From Pseudomonadales bacterium (GTDB lineage Bacteria; Pseudomonadota; Gammaproteobacteria; Pseudomonadales; Azotimanducaceae), in NCBI GenBank assembly GCA_029249645.1, contig JAQWWC010000080.1, positions 1 to 49,248 of the forward strand: a stretch of DNA of 49,248 nt, written 5' to 3'. The position numbers were made by a program, and so were the translations under genes. Shown here one piece after another: positions 16,993 to 26,576 of this stretch. The notes beneath the pieces are model-generated. The model searched no databases. It had not been told where the DNA came from and worked only from the letters and a program-made list of their open reading frames with translations. The first letter of the stretch is position 1, and each line of letters opens with the position of its first letter.

Positions 16993-17028
16993 TCTCAAAT
17001 CGTTTCAATCATTTCAATCGTTTCAATC
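16993..17028. repeat. Direct 9-bp repeats (N-TTTCAATC x3 plus one degenerate copy) between selB and the TPR gene
   Basis: The sequence reads tctcaaatc gtttcaatc atttcaatc gtttcaatc. On the minus (transcribed) strand the unit is GATTGAAA(C/T). It lies about 70-100 nt upstream of the TPR-gene ATG. Confidence 0.7.
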
Positions 17029-17161
17029 GATTGCCTAGAGTGGTTCAAAAGCAGATTAAAATTATCAACTTAACGAACTTTATAGCATCTCCACCGCGGC
17101 AAAAACACCCTGATCAAAGACGTCCATATTCTCTGTACCGAATCATGCCCGCCAGCCGCAC

Positions 17162-19036
17162 CTACCGCCTCGGATGTCGTAGGTTACCGTCCCGACGGGT
17201 AAGTCCTTTCTGATCAAAATACTCTAACAGTTCGATACAGAGGTTTCGGCCCATCCCCGAAGCATCACGATACTGTTGGACCGTAAACGGGCGTCCGCTG
17301 GCTACCGATTGCGTTAACGAAATTAAGTCCGCGATGGTTTTTGGCTCAAAAAACCGGTTTTTAACCGGATGCACCAATAAGCCCGCTTTGGCACAAGCCT
17401 GCAAATGCTGATTCAACTGTTTGGGATCGACATTAAGCTTTGCTGCGAGGTCATGCAGTACGGGCGGTTGTTTTGGATTCTCAGAAATAAGAGGGATGAC
17501 CTGCTCTAAAAGTCTTCGGGTTTGCTCAGGTAAGGTTGCCTGCGCCCCGGGTCGATGCAACAGTGACCCGGATTGTAAGATCACGCCTTCTACTTTGAGC
17601 TGTGTAATAATCGCGTCGCGATAGAGACAGGCTTTGGGTATCAACGCTAGGAGTTTCGGGTAATCCATTCCCTGAAGCGTGGGATGGTTTTGATGCCAGT
17701 CTTCAAGTGCTTTAACCAATCTGCTTTTCGCATCCGAAAAGTCTACCTGCGAGACCAAAATGCCATTCACATCACTAAGGGTCGAATGGTCCTTCAAAAA
17801 AGCAGTGATGCGCTCAGGCTTCCAATTCAGAATGCGCTCAACGGTTTCAACTGCCACACCGTGACCGGTACCGACAACGAGTCGCAACAGATAATCGGCA
17901 TCGCTAGTTGCCTCGGAAAGTTTGGCTAAAAGCGCAACACGCTCGGGTTTTGCACGGCCGCGGCTTTGCGCGAGTGGGTTGAGCACAAAACCGCTGGCAA
18001 TGGTTCGGGTCGCGCCTTGATCTCGAAAGATGAGCCGGTCGCCATAACACAAAGAGAGTGGCGCGCTCGTCACCAATTGCACGATACCCGACGTCCCAGG
18101 TTTGATTTCAGGCCCGTTCAAGGTCGCAAGGTGCCCTAGGGTGTGTTGTGCCGCATGGTGCACATGAACCGAGGTCCAATGACGGATGGACTTGTTTTCC
18201 GCGGGTAAAGTCTGCAGCACAATGTCGCAATGACGCTGCGCGGTCATTCTTGGGTTGGCCGTTAACCAGTCGCCCCGCGCCAGTTCATTTAAGGCGGCTT
18301 GTTGACCGGTCAAATTCAAGGCTGCACGATCTCCGGCGCTGGCCGATGGACTTACAACGTTCTGCCGATGCAACCCCCGAACCTTGAATGATTGCGACTG
18401 GTTCGGAGCAGATAGTGTGTCGGATAAACCAATTTTGCCAGTGAGGATGGCGCCGGTGACCACAGTGCCTGCTCCTTTGATAGAGAAGCTTCTATCAATC
18501 GCCATCCGAAAATGACCAGCGTCAGACCGATGCTGCATCCTTTGTGCATGGGCCTTTAGCGCTGTGATTAATTCGGCTTTACCGATTCGGCTAACGTTTG
18601 AACAGGGAATCACCTGGCTTTGCTCGAACGACGTCCCGTGCAGTTGCTGGACAATTGTAGACTTGACCTCGAGACAACGCGCGGGTTCAACCCGATCAAC
18701 TTTTGTCATAGCAACCAGCAGGGCAGGGACCCGCAGGGCTTCGAGAATGGCCAGGTGCTCGAGTGTTTGGGGCATCATGCCATCGTCGGCGGCAACCACC
18801 AGCAGCGCTAGGTCCACTGCTCCAACCCCCGCCAACATATTGTTAATAAATTTGATATGACCCGGAACATCTACAAAACCGACCGACAGATCGTCTATTT
18901 GCGAATAGGCAAACCCTAAATCTATCGTGAGCCCACGATCTTGTTCCTCTTGAAGCTGATCGGTTTGGATACCCGTTAGCATTTCGACAAGACTTGTTTT
19001 CCCGTGATCAACGTGGCCGGCGGTTGCAACTATCAT
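17162..19036 (-). CDS. selB: Selenocysteine-specific translation elongation factor SelB
   Basis: 624 aa. The N-terminal GTPase has MIVATAGHVDHGKTSL and DVPGH. The long C-terminal winged-helix region that binds SECIS is present. There is a 4-nt overlap with selA. Confidence 0.9.
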   Translation of the reverse strand: MIVATAGHVDHGKTSLVEMLTGIQTDQLQEEQDRGLTIDLGFAYSQIDDLSVGFVDVPGHIKFINNMLAGVGAVDLALLVVAADDGMMPQTLEHLAILEALRVPALLVAMTKVDRVEPARCLEVKSTIVQQLHGTSFEQSQVIPCSNVSRIGKAELITALKAHAQRMQHRSDAGHFRMAIDRSFSIKGAGTVVTGAILTGKIGLSDTLSAPNQSQSFKVRGLHRQNVVSPSASAGDRAALNLTGQQAALNELARGDWLTANPRMTAQRHCDIVLQTLPAENKSIRHWTSVHVHHAAQHTLGHLATLNGPEIKPGTSGIVQLVTSAPLSLCYGDRLIFRDQGATRTIASGFVLNPLAQSRGRAKPERVALLAKLSEATSDADYLLRLVVGTGHGVAVETVERILNWKPERITAFLKDHSTLSDVNGILVSQVDFSDAKSRLVKALEDWHQNHPTLQGMDYPKLLALIPKACLYRDAIITQLKVEGVILQSGSLLHRPGAQATLPEQTRRLLEQVIPLISENPKQPPVLHDLAAKLNVDPKQLNQHLQACAKAGLLVHPVKNRFFEPKTIADLISLTQSVASGRPFTVQQYRDASGMGRNLCIELLEYFDQKGLTRRDGNLRHPRR

Positions 19037-20427
19037 CCAGCTATAACCGCTTCGAGCCCAGCCAAAAGCGGTTCTGGTTGATACAGGGTGCGCAGGTCCA
19101 GCAGCAACCTAGACCCCGTTATGCGACCTAAAATTGGTATATCGACCTGTCGAAGGCGCGTGGCGAGACTCATAATCGCTTCGTTGGGGTGTGTCGTGCC
19201 CTGGGCGCTGATTGCGATCGCCCAGCTCGGCAACAAGTCAATGGGTAGGGCGCCGCTGCCAATCTGGCTTTTAGCGCTGACCAGCGCGGCGTCAAAATCG
19301 TTTCCTAAGTGCGCTGTAACCGCTGGCAGCAGCGTCTCGCCAAACTGTTTTATCGCCGCTTCGGACCTGGCTAGGTCTCGCAAGGTGGGTAGATGTTCTA
19401 CCAAGCTTTCTGGGGTTAGATACAGCTTTAAAACGGCGATCAAGGCGGCCAAGGTCATCTTATCGACCCGAAGGGCTCGCTTCATGGGGTTTTGTTTGAT
19501 CAGAGCGATGGCCTTAGCCGTACCGACTATTAATCCAGCTTGAGGGCCGCCTAATAGTTTATCCCCGCTAAAGGTAACAATGTCGGCGCCACTTTGAACC
19601 GCTTCTTGCACCGTTGGCTCTGGCGGCAAGCCGTATTGGCTAAGATTTAACAAGGTCCCGCTGCCGAGATCGGTCATAAAGGGCAGATCAAATTCGTGGG
19701 CAAGGGCAGCCAAGTCACTTTCGGCGACGCTTTCGGTAAACCCTTGAATTTGATAATTGCTGGTATGGACTTTCATCAGCATGGCAGTCTGATCGGTTAT
19801 CGCCGACTTGAAGTCCGACAGGCGCGTTCGGTTGGTAGCTCCCACTTCGACTAGACGACATCCTGAACGCGTCATAATCTCCGGCACGCGAAAGGATCCG
19901 CCGATTTCAACCAATTCGCCTCTCGACACAGGGACATCTCGGCCCAGGGCGAAGGTGTTGAGAACCAACATAACCGCCGCCGCATTATTGTTCACAACGG
20001 TAGCCGCTTCCGCGCCGGTGATTTCCTTCAAAAGGTGCTCAAGGGGTAGGTCTCGATCGCCGCGCTTTCCGGTTTCCAAATCGAACTCTAGGTTACTTGG
20101 GCTGCCTGCGACACGTTGCACCGCATCGAGTGCTACCTGCGGCAAGCTGGCACGGCCTAGGTTAGTGTGAAGAATCGTTCCGGTTAGGTTTAGCACCGTC
20201 TTTAAAGTTGGATTGGTAGCACTAAGCACTGATCTGATGTTGGCAAGTAACGCGTCATCCGACGGCAGTTCGAGTTCAGTAGTTGCGATATCGCGTCTCG
20301 CCGTTGCAAGCGTCTCGGCAATGACCCGAGCGACACGAGTTCGACCAAACTCATCGACTAGAATGCGGCCCGCTGCCGAGCATAATAACTGATCGACTCC
20401 GGGTAAGTGTTTAGCAGATTGCGACAA
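19033..20427 (-). CDS. selA: L-seryl-tRNA(Sec) selenium transferase SelA
   Basis: 464 aa. It has the typical SelA N-terminus (LPGVDQLL) and the PLP-lysine block FSGDKLLGGPQAG. Confidence 0.9.
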   Translation of the reverse strand: MSQSAKHLPGVDQLLCSAAGRILVDEFGRTRVARVIAETLATARRDIATTELELPSDDALLANIRSVLSATNPTLKTVLNLTGTILHTNLGRASLPQVALDAVQRVAGSPSNLEFDLETGKRGDRDLPLEHLLKEITGAEAATVVNNNAAAVMLVLNTFALGRDVPVSRGELVEIGGSFRVPEIMTRSGCRLVEVGATNRTRLSDFKSAITDQTAMLMKVHTSNYQIQGFTESVAESDLAALAHEFDLPFMTDLGSGTLLNLSQYGLPPEPTVQEAVQSGADIVTFSGDKLLGGPQAGLIVGTAKAIALIKQNPMKRALRVDKMTLAALIAVLKLYLTPESLVEHLPTLRDLARSEAAIKQFGETLLPAVTAHLGNDFDAALVSAKSQIGSGALPIDLLPSWAIAISAQGTTHPNEAIMSLATRLRQVDIPILGRITGSRLLLDLRTLYQPEPLLAGLEAVIAG

Positions 20428-20430
20428 GGA

Positions 20431-22689
20431 TCAATCCATAGGGCCGATCGGTTGCATTGCTTTTTGCAACGATCCAACCGTTCGAATCCAAGGTTCTATG
20501 CCGTTATCGTATTGCACCATCCAGGCTTGTTTTGCATCACTGGCCAGCTGGATGTCGTTGAATGTGTCCAAAACTAAAACATAAAGCGGGCGTTTCATTA
20601 CCTGCGTTTTCAGCACCAGCGGGTTTTCAAGGTTGACCGTTGTGGCAAGTGTCCGAATCGCGGCAAGATTCTTTTCGGCCTTGAGCTGAATCGCAAAATC
20701 ATCTGAAGGAAGGTCCATGAAGTAATCATAAGTTCCATCGCCAGACGTTGCAGGGCTATCCATCGACGCATAATCTAATCCCGATGAGCTCGCAGGAACC
20801 GGATCCAGTTTAGAGGCTGAGGCCACCGCGTTTACCAACGGTGCAGCTTGCAACGGTGCAGTTTGAGTTAAACGCGTGATTGATGTTTTGGACCGCTCGG
20901 TTGCGCGCTTGAGTTGTACTGGCGTTGGCTTCGGGCCAATGCGCCGCGCAGGTGCCGCTGACGCGACTGCCGGCATTGGAACTGCGCCTTTTGGCCCTAA
21001 GGTTTGCAGCGTGATCGGTAATTGTTCAGCGCGATTTACATGGTCCGCATAGACCTCAGCCAAAGTCGTCCCAGCGGGGAAGGGCTCGGTTGCTGGGATT
21101 ACAATTTCTGTCGTAATCATTGCGACATTCGGGCGATCAGTTTCTATGATGGACTGAGCCGCAACGCCCTCAATTGCTATTTTTGGGGCGTCACCTTGGG
21201 TATCCGCCAAGATTGCCTGCGTCGCCTCAATGGATGCAGGCGCTACAGTCGTTTCTAAAAAAGTCGGCGCAGATACGGTTTGTTCACTGATCAATGCTAA
21301 TTCGGAGGTTGCGATTTCAATGTCGACCTGTGGGACTTCAATTGCTGCAGAAAGTGCAGGCTGCGGCAGTTCGGTGAGTGTACTTATCGCTTCAATTACT
21401 TCTTCAGAAGCTGGCTCGGCAGACGCTGCAATCGGCGCGCGGACATCGGGCATGTCTGCCACAGTTGTCATAGCTGTTAATACGGTTGTTGCTGCAGGCA
21501 GCGCCTCTGTCAGAGTATTGGTCGCGGTTGTCGTGAGCGCTGTCAGATCGGGCGTCGCCAGTAGGGCGGTTGTTGCAAACGTTGAAATCGAAACGCTCTC
21601 GTCCTGATCAGTCTCAAGAAGTAGCTGAGGGGTTGCCTTTACTGCTGGCAGTGAAGCACCACGGTCAGCAACTTCAATCTGAAGATTCTTTTCATCAAGG
21701 CGCTCAGTTCGCCCTGTTTCTGAGGTTACGGTATCGGATAATCTGGTTTCTGGTCGGTCGATCTCAGGCGATATAGCCTCCTTTGCGACCACTTCTGACC
21801 CTTCTGCGTCTAATGACGCCTTATTTACACGCAAATCATTTGGACTCAGCACGTCAGGGAAGCGCCCGGCGCCAAATCTCGGCGAGGCTTTTGGTGCCCG
21901 CGTAGACGCTCTTAAGGTGATTGTTTCTTCATTGGGTACTTTGGGTTGTGATTTCGTCAAGGCGCCTGCATCAACAGCAGCTGCCAAAGATTGCGTCTCC
22001 AAGACAGCGGCAGATGGGCTTGAGGGTTCGGTGGTGAAACCTGTCCCGCCAGGGCTCAAACCCAAAGCGCTTTGTGCAATTATGTCATTTAGCGATTGTT
22101 TATCATCGTTTTTTATAGATTCCTTCGCTGCAGCATGCGCCGATACAAAATGGCCATCAACGGGCCTTTGATCAATTTCCTCCGGCAAGATTTCGGCGAA
22201 TACGGTGGGCTCAGGCGCAGACTCTTTCGAAACAGTTGCAACCGAGCGGCCTTTGTCATCTGTCGCGTGCGCGCCTTGGGCCAGTTGCTCTGGCACTGCC
22301 TTCAGCAGAGCCACACGATTGACCTCAGCGGGCTCAAGGTCAAACGCGCCTGCTGGCTCAGCAACCTGGCTCGGGATTCGGCTCAACTGAGCGAACCCTT
22401 TTGAAATGGCGTCGTGCTTGTTTTGAGCTTCTTCTATGCTGCTCGCGCAAGACCAGTCTTTCGCCTCAAGGTGGCCAATACAAAACCATCTTGTTTCATT
22501 GTCTCGATACGCCTGTTTGGACTGTTGAACACACGCTGGGTTCGACAGATCGGCATCGTCTCCAGAACAAGGGTCCTTACTCATCCAGCTGCACCCGGCC
22601 AAGCCCAAACAGGACAACGTTGTACTTAAAATCAATAACGCGCGTTTCATAAAACGATCCAATACCTTGACTCTCGCATGATAGTTCAT
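20431..22689 (-). CDS. SPOR-domain lipoprotein with a long low-complexity A/T/E/P-rich linker (DamX-like architecture)
   Basis: Lipobox LGLAGC. About 550 aa are low-complexity. The C-terminal SPOR-like domain reads DDFAIQLKAEKNLAAIRTLATT...YVLVLDTFNDIQLASDAKQAW. The ATG at 22689 overlaps the upstream stop (ATGA). An alternative ATG lies at 22650. Confidence 0.7.
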   Translation of the reverse strand: MNYHARVKVLDRFMKRALLILSTTLSCLGLAGCSWMSKDPCSGDDADLSNPACVQQSKQAYRDNETRWFCIGHLEAKDWSCASSIEEAQNKHDAISKGFAQLSRIPSQVAEPAGAFDLEPAEVNRVALLKAVPEQLAQGAHATDDKGRSVATVSKESAPEPTVFAEILPEEIDQRPVDGHFVSAHAAAKESIKNDDKQSLNDIIAQSALGLSPGGTGFTTEPSSPSAAVLETQSLAAAVDAGALTKSQPKVPNEETITLRASTRAPKASPRFGAGRFPDVLSPNDLRVNKASLDAEGSEVVAKEAISPEIDRPETRLSDTVTSETGRTERLDEKNLQIEVADRGASLPAVKATPQLLLETDQDESVSISTFATTALLATPDLTALTTTATNTLTEALPAATTVLTAMTTVADMPDVRAPIAASAEPASEEVIEAISTLTELPQPALSAAIEVPQVDIEIATSELALISEQTVSAPTFLETTVAPASIEATQAILADTQGDAPKIAIEGVAAQSIIETDRPNVAMITTEIVIPATEPFPAGTTLAEVYADHVNRAEQLPITLQTLGPKGAVPMPAVASAAPARRIGPKPTPVQLKRATERSKTSITRLTQTAPLQAAPLVNAVASASKLDPVPASSSGLDYASMDSPATSGDGTYDYFMDLPSDDFAIQLKAEKNLAAIRTLATTVNLENPLVLKTQVMKRPLYVLVLDTFNDIQLASDAKQAWMVQYDNGIEPWIRTVGSLQKAMQPIGPMD

Positions 22690-23678
22690 TCTCTGAGTAA
22701 TTCCGATAGGATCTGTTGGCTCATCTGCGGAAACACACCTAACAATCCACCCGTGTGGAGAAACACAACATCCGTGCCTTCGATATCGCCGTGTTGGATC
22801 ATTTGAACCAGCCCCTGAAACGCTTTACCGGTATAAACGGGATCCAAAATTATACCTTCTAGTTGCGCAAGCCAAGCAATCAATCGATACACCTCCGGGG
22901 AGGTCAGGCCATAGCCTTCGCCGATAAAATCATCGCGCAGCAGTCCCAGCTCTGGATTAAGACTCGATTGAAAACGCTTTTGCCAGCGGGCGGTATCCGT
23001 TGCTGCTTTGCGCTCAAAGAATGCGGCATTACGGGAAACGCAGACGCCAATAACAGGTAGTGTCAGGTTGTAAAGCGCCTGGCCTAACAATAATCCAGCA
23101 TAGGTGCCGCCAGAACCAACCGCGGTCACAATACAACTGGGTTGAATGCGCGCGGATGCAAAATCGGTGGCTAGTTCTTTAACTGCTTGAATGTAACCCC
23201 AGAGACCGAGTTCATCGCTTGCACCGAGTGGAATCTGGTATGGTCGCTCCCCAGAAGCGCTGAGCTGCGCTGCTTTGCGTACGTAGAGCGCATCGAGTTG
23301 CTCGAAGGCCTGATCGCTCACATAATCGATGTTGGCGCCTAACAAGTGATTAAGCAGCAGGTTGCCATTGGCGGTGCTGGCTTCAGCGCCCCGTAAAATC
23401 AAATGGCACTGCAATCCGAGCTGCGCGGCAAACAAAGCCGTTGCCCGGCAATGATTCGATTGTAAGCCGCCACTGGTGATCAGGGCGGTTGCTCCCTGGT
23501 TAAGAGCATCCGCCAGCACAAACTCGAGCTTTCTGATTTTGTTACCCGCGCCTGCGGCCTCGGTTAGATCATCTCTTTTAATCCAAATTCGTGGCCCACC
23601 AAGGGCTTCGGACAGCCGGTCAAGGGGCTGCAGCGGGGTGGGCAGCCTCGCAAGGTCGAGTTTAGGCGGTGGGTTCAT
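22686..23678 (-). CDS. PLP-dependent ACC deaminase/D-cysteine desulfhydrase family protein
   Basis: Contains LPTPLQPL...IWIKRDDL...GNKIRKLEF (PLP-Lys motif). The 330-aa length is typical of the DcyD/ACC deaminase family. Confidence 0.85.
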   Translation of the reverse strand: MNPPPKLDLARLPTPLQPLDRLSEALGGPRIWIKRDDLTEAAGAGNKIRKLEFVLADALNQGATALITSGGLQSNHCRATALFAAQLGLQCHLILRGAEASTANGNLLLNHLLGANIDYVSDQAFEQLDALYVRKAAQLSASGERPYQIPLGASDELGLWGYIQAVKELATDFASARIQPSCIVTAVGSGGTYAGLLLGQALYNLTLPVIGVCVSRNAAFFERKAATDTARWQKRFQSSLNPELGLLRDDFIGEGYGLTSPEVYRLIAWLAQLEGIILDPVYTGKAFQGLVQMIQHGDIEGTDVVFLHTGGLLGVFPQMSQQILSELLRE

Positions 23679-24150
23679 GATGGCGATTTCTCACGACAAA
23701 CTGACTGGAGGTGGTCATCGTGATTTCATCATCCTCAACCATTTCCGTGGTTAACAACACACTGGATTTACCGCGGGCCAGCAGTTTTTGCTGGAAATTT
23801 GCAAAGTCATTTGGCAGTCGGCAGCGACACGTTAAATGTTTGAAAACGGGTCGCAGAAAAACCGCCTCTGAACGGCCAACGACAGTATTGCCAACAATAT
23901 GCATTTTTCCGATTTGAAGTTGGACCATGCCCCAACCTGCTAATGCCGATAGTGCAGATAAACTGCCGCCAAAGGCACTCATTTGATGGTTAATGTTTGG
24001 CGCGAGCGGCGCTTCAAGCGTCAACAAATCATCCTCAAAGCTTGCAACAGTCACGCCCATCGCAACACTCAGCGGAATTAATTGATGAATCGTCGTCTCT
24101 AATTCGGCGGCGGTTCTGACTTGAATTGATGGCAGGTCCACGGGGGTCAC
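23662..24150 (-). CDS. YiiD C-terminal-type (hot-dog fold) thioesterase domain protein
   Basis: 162 aa. The pattern IPLSVAMGVTV...LTLEAPLAPNINHQMSAFGGSLSALSALAGWG matches the YiiD_C thioesterase family as I recall it. Confidence 0.65.
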   Translation of the reverse strand: MTPVDLPSIQVRTAAELETTIHQLIPLSVAMGVTVASFEDDLLTLEAPLAPNINHQMSAFGGSLSALSALAGWGMVQLQIGKMHIVGNTVVGRSEAVFLRPVFKHLTCRCRLPNDFANFQQKLLARGKSSVLLTTEMVEDDEITMTTSSQFVVRNRHHEPTA

Positions 24151-24156
24151 CTCTTA

Positions 24157-25212
24157 TTGACAGTTATGACTATAATACAGCGTCACCTTGGGATGCAGTG
24201 CTTTATGCGTTATCTCTTTTTGTTATTAATCGTCTTGACGTCGAGCTGTCGTGACGAAACCGCGCCGCTTGAACTCACCGGCAAGACCATGGGGACCACT
24301 TATCGTATTTTAATTGCCAGCCCGGAAGGGTCGAGCAACCTTTCAGAAACACACGCACAAATAGAAAGTAAACTAATTCAAATTAACGCGTTAATGTCGA
24401 CCTACGATTCCGAATCGGAAATTTCTCGCTTCAATCGCGCCAAGCCCGGCACCCCGTTTAGCCTGCACTCTGACACGGCCGACGTCTTAGCCTTCAGTCT
24501 CGCCTTAGCGGATAAAACCGGTGGCGCCTTTGACCCGACGATTGGACCGTTAGTGGAACTTTGGGGCTTTGGCCCTACGAAAACAACCGAACGAGCGCCA
24601 GCAGACGACCGCATTCAACGCGTTAAAGAACAAATTGGGTATCAAAGCCTTCAATTGGATACAGACGCGCCCGCCGTAAAGACGCCGATCGAGCGACAAC
24701 TCGACTTTTCCGCCACGGCAAAAGGCTTTGCAGTGGATGCACTGGCCGCAATCTTGACCCAGCAGGGGCACTCAAATTATCTGGTTGAAATCGGCGGCGA
24801 ACTACTCGCCGCAGGAGAGAAGCGTCCAGGGCAGCCCTGGCGAGTTGCCATTGAGATGCCTAGCAACGCAGCCCGCGAGGTCTATCGTGCTTTTCCGTTG
24901 ACCGATTCTGCGATTGCGACCTCGGGTGACTACCGAAATTACTTTGAATCCAATGGTCAGCGATTTTCACACACGATTGATCCGCGAACGGGTTATCCCA
25001 TTTCGCACGCCACCACGTCCGTCACAGTTGTGGCGCCAACAACTATGGAGGCCGATGGCTGGGCGACAGCGTTGAACGTGCTTGGCCCAGTCGCAGGTAT
25101 GCAGTTAGCGGCCGACCAAAATCTTGCTGTCGTAATGCTAATCTTCGAGCAGAACGAACTCAAAGCATTAGAAAGCGACGCGTTTAAAGATTATCTCGCC
25201 CAAAGTCTGTAA
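24157..25212 (+). CDS. apbE: FAD:protein FMN transferase ApbE
   Basis: Lipoprotein-type signal (LLLIVLTSSC). ApbE blocks are GKTMGTTY, FDPTIGPLVELWGFGP and ATSGDYRNYFE...HTIDPRTGYP. The true start is probably an internal ATG at 24193 or 24205. Confidence 0.85.
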   Translation: MTVMTIIQRHLGMQCFMRYLFLLLIVLTSSCRDETAPLELTGKTMGTTYRILIASPEGSSNLSETHAQIESKLIQINALMSTYDSESEISRFNRAKPGTPFSLHSDTADVLAFSLALADKTGGAFDPTIGPLVELWGFGPTKTTERAPADDRIQRVKEQIGYQSLQLDTDAPAVKTPIERQLDFSATAKGFAVDALAAILTQQGHSNYLVEIGGELLAAGEKRPGQPWRVAIEMPSNAAREVYRAFPLTDSAIATSGDYRNYFESNGQRFSHTIDPRTGYPISHATTSVTVVAPTTMEADGWATALNVLGPVAGMQLAADQNLAVVMLIFEQNELKALESDAFKDYLAQSL

Positions 25213-25436
25213 ACTTAGGCTTGCATTTAAGTTTGTTGTTCTCGGATTTGGATAAAAGATTGTCGATCTTGGTTTTGAATAAAAGGCTGACCTAGAAAAG
25301 CTTGTTGCCACGCAGATCGAAAGCCGCCATTAATAATAGCCTTAAGGTTTTGAAGGCTAATAACGAAGACAGGACGCGCTATCCCGTCGCGCCCTCGAGA
25401 TGGCCAACGGGCCCTAAAAATAGAGCAGGTGATACG

Positions 25437-25658
25437 ATGGTAGAGTTCTTTATGACGTTTTTGGTTTTTCTTTTCGTCATCGTCATCATGGCGGTTGGCG
25501 TTATGAGAGGTAGGCCACCGATTGCAGGATCATGCGGCGGTTTGGGCGCGATGGGCGTCGACGGCGCGTGTGATATCTGTGGGGGTAATCCGGACAAGTG
25601 CGAGGCCTCTGATGGCCCGGACGTAAAACCTGCTATCACCAATGCGTTAGAAGCCTAG
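25437..25658 (+). CDS. nqrM: (Na+)-NQR maturation protein NqrM
   Basis: 73 aa from the ATG at 25437, preceded by AGGTGA. It has one TM helix and then a four-Cys motif, SCGGLGAMGVDGACDICGGNPDKC. It sits immediately downstream of apbE, as in nqr loci. Confidence 0.7.
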   Translation: MVEFFMTFLVFLFVIVIMAVGVMRGRPPIAGSCGGLGAMGVDGACDICGGNPDKCEASDGPDVKPAITNALEA

Positions 25659-25834
25659 TTAAGCGCCGAGTCATCTCCTTTGCCCGTCAATCGCCAAGTT
25701 CATGCAGCGCTTTGCAGAGGCGACCCAACAGCCGACACTTACTGAAATCAAGGTTTAAAAAATAGGCAACTTGATGAGTGCAAAAGATCGATTAAGCGCA
25801 GCGGCGGCAAATCTGCTACTGCGAGTCTGATCAC

Positions 25835-26431
25835 TTACAGAACGTCACCATTTTGGTCTGCTCTAATCTGAGCCCGACGAGCATCTGTTTGGCGATTTAA
25901 AAGATACCGAGTGATGCGTTTTTGATATTCCAGTGGCAAGTTAACAAACTCGATACCGGAGCGATAGTGATTGCTGCCGTTGAGCATTCTGCTGTAACGA
26001 ATGCGGGCAAAACAGGTCAACACCCAGGCGCCTTCATCAAAAAGGACCCGCAGCGCGACATAACTTTCCTCAGGCAATAACGCCTCACTAAAAAGACCCG
26101 CGCCGCCAACACTGATATCAACCAATTTTGATTGAAAATTGTCTGGCGTCTGGATTTCATTAAACAGTACGCGACGTCCGATTAGCTCAACCTGCTGATC
26201 TAGATTTTTAAGATAAGTGGCAATCTCAGCATTTTGGCGGTCAATGCGTTCTAGTAATCCTTTCCCCTGACGTTGCAACACCTTGAGTTGCGCCATGAGC
26301 TGGATCTCTTCGGAGTAATCAAACAGCGTTTCTGGATCTTGGGTGGCTATCTGATCTGAACTGATCAGCTTATACTCACAAGGGAGTGCATCCTCTAAAC
26401 GGAAAAAATCTCTGATGTCGATATCACTCAT
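25835..26431 (-). CDS. PilZ-domain protein
   Basis: The DISVGG (DxSxxG) motif lies in a C-terminal beta-barrel-like region. The gene is positioned next to lolC, like P. aeruginosa PA2989 (recollection). Confidence 0.7.
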   Translation of the reverse strand: MSDIDIRDFFRLEDALPCEYKLISSDQIATQDPETLFDYSEEIQLMAQLKVLQRQGKGLLERIDRQNAEIATYLKNLDQQVELIGRRVLFNEIQTPDNFQSKLVDISVGGAGLFSEALLPEESYVALRVLFDEGAWVLTCFARIRYSRMLNGSNHYRSGIEFVNLPLEYQKRITRYLLNRQTDARRAQIRADQNGDVL

Positions 26432-26576
26432 GCGGATCCCAGTTGTCGACTTGCTGGCGGCGATAGTTTGAAAGGGGTCGTTCAGCTGATGCTGGTTCTA
26501 CCGCGGCTTACTTAACCTCAATATTGGTACAGAATACTATGGAATACTTGAGATACAAATCGATGACCGTTGGCCA

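Noticed and set aside
16927-17161. Searched for tRNA-Sec (selC) next to selB, and in the other intergenic regions (1919-2137, 8819-8991, 25213-25436, 25659-25834, 38562-38736).
   Set aside because: I found no GGTTCGA-type T-arm, no long variable arm and no acceptor pairing pattern on either strand. selC is presumably elsewhere in the genome. A covariance-model scan would be decisive.
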